From: Haliotis rufescens
Lineage: Eukaryota
DNA: 64,000 nucleotides
Assembly (NCBI RefSeq): GCF_023055435.1
Contig: NW_025963779.1
Coordinates: 86,614,001-86,678,000 of the forward strand
Direction of reading: 5' to 3'
The notes below the pieces were generated by a model, which made no database searches, was not told the origin of the DNA, and saw only the letters and a list, made by a program, of their open reading frames with translations. This document shows, piece by piece, positions 62,115 through 64,000 of this stretch. The translations under genes and the position numbers were made by a program. Every line of letters starts with the position of its first letter. Positions within the stretch are counted from its first letter, which is position 1.

Positions 62115-64000
62115 AAATCGTGTTTGAAAACGTGTAGTTTGGGAAGATAAGCCATGTGGGGTCCGTCTCTACATATGAAGTTGACAGTGACAACCAGGAC
62201 AAGGTGTTGAGTGAGTTAGTGGGTGGGCTGGTGAGTGGGTGAGTGAGTGAGTGAGTGAGTGAGTGAGTGGGTGGGCTGGTGAGTGAGTGGGTTCGGCTGG
62301 TGAGTGAGTGAGTGGGTGGGCTGGTGAGTGAGTGAGTGGGCGGGCTGGTGAGTGAGAGAGTGGGCTGGTGAGTGAGTGAGTGAATGAGTGAGTGAGGTGT
62401 AAGGACGTTTTCGACAATATTTCAGTGATATCACGGCGACTCAGCTTAATGTGGGAGGTACACCCGAAGTGATGCAGGTCGTAGATGTTCATTGCCTTGG
62501 TCAAACCCACGAACATGAGTATCGTGTCGACAAACCTAGAAACCTAATCATGGCGAATCGGGGTGTGCAACCAGTGATCAAAGGTTTTACGAAGGCCTCT
62601 GCACATCGAATTGGCCTATGATCACGGGTATGGTGCTGTAAATTATTATTTAAATGCGTTCAGAAGAAACTAAAGATAACTCATACCTTATTAATTACAC
62701 TAATATATGAAGGTCGGTTATTATAATCTACTAAACAATACAGTGTAGTCCAACATGTATTTGGGTGACTGTGAACAGTACAAACCGCTACGAGCGTGGG
62801 GAAATGCACGGAACGCCAGCATGGGTCTTGCTCTGTGCATAAAACATAAGATTGTGTAGTGAGCGTGTTCTTGCTGCACCTGTGCAAGGGTTTTCTCTTC
62901 TTGTTGGTGGAGTGGTCGAGTGACAACTTCTCTTCCTTCTACACTGTTCTTGTGAAATATTAAAAACTCTTCTTGTTTTCGCTTTCCGTATACACAACAC
63001 TTCCTGACATGAGAGAGGACGAGTTATTGTCTTGTGAGTGAGCAATGTTTTACGCCCTTGAACGGTATTTCATTTACTTCAGGGCGTGCCAGCTTTATGT
63101 GGGAGAAAACCCCAGGTGATGACTGTTACTAATTGGGTGAAACCCACCAACTCGGGCATGGAGCTGGCACACCCAGAAACATGATCAGGGTCCATTTTGG
63201 GTTCCAACCCACGATCTTATGTTTCTGACAGAACTCTGCCTAGCGCCTCAAACGACTGGGCCGCTCGTAACACCTGTCTGACATGACGAGCGAGGGGAAC
63301 GGAGGACATTCGAAAAATACAGGTTGTGTGATAGTTTTGACATTGGAGATGAATTCCACTATATTTTCAAATGTGAATAGGGGCGGTCGGGTAGCCTAGT
63401 GGCTAAAGCGTTCGCTCGTCACGCCGAAGACCCGGGTTCAATTCCCGACATGAGTGCTATGTGTGAAGCCCATATCTGGTGTCTGATATTGCTAAAAGCG
63501 GCGTTAAACCATACTCACTCACTCACTCACTCAAATGTAAATATTTCAATGAACAAAGGGACATGTACATCCCAAAACACTATTTAAAAAGGCCAAATAT
63601 GTTACAACTCCAGCAATTATTTGTCATAAGATATCTGTCCAAAACAAACTATGTAAATTTATTAACATTATAATGAAAATTGTAAAAAACTCCCAGTTAA
63701 CCTCTGTCCACCGCAATGTAAAATACTGTTTGTACCTTGTATGCCGATGCGCTCGGCCTGAGAGAAATAAAGTGCTGTTCTGTGGTATTCTGGAGCACTT
63801 TGTGTCCTCCATATTTCGTCAACTCCGGCTGAATGATATCACAAGTTGTACTTCTTACAGCGCGGATATCTTCCCTCACCTATACAAACCGAACACCTAT
63901 ATACCAGTAGTTGTGTGAAAATTGATGTGTATAATTTTAACACGAACATTTTGTACAACTATCAAGTGAGGGAATAGATTTTAATCTGTCATCGACTGTT

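Larger units (their letters stand above)
58885..64000 (+). repeat. Segmental duplication unit 4 (partial, runs off the window)
   Basis: Collinear with about 7660-13110. Confidence 0.9.

Noticed and set aside
7549-64000. Whole array as an assembly artefact
   Set aside because: Units differ by many substitutions, private indels and private TE insertions. Units 1 and 3 being mis-joined haplotypes cannot be fully excluded without reads.

Overview
Eukaryotic (metazoan) genomic DNA. The SINE repertoire and (ACTC)n tails suggest a mollusc, possibly an abalone-like gastropod (inference). Bases 1-7.5 kb hold the last three exons of a single-pass mucin-stalk membrane protein gene plus simple repeats and SINEs. 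From about 7550 to the end, the window is a tandem segmental duplication array: units at about 7549-25064, 25065-39941, 39942-58884 and 58885->64000. Each unit has a 42-bp minisatellite, a ~41-bp minisatellite (absent in unit 4) and several SINEs/MITEs. Each complete unit also has a pair of single-coding-exon BTB/POZ genes (type A and type B), six in total. A1-A3 and B2 end in a Cys/His-rich putative zinc-binding tail, which B1 and B3 have lost. Units 1 and 3 end in the same inactivated two-ORF LINE, whose ORF2 follows ORF1 in frame behind a single TAG with no AUG. Unit 2 carries a different 5'-truncated LINE. The units are mosaics, consistent with unequal crossing-over or gene conversion. Exon-like segments on the minus strand between the minisatellites hint at a second, decayed or hidden gene in each unit. 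All calls come from reading the sequence by eye; no database searches were run.
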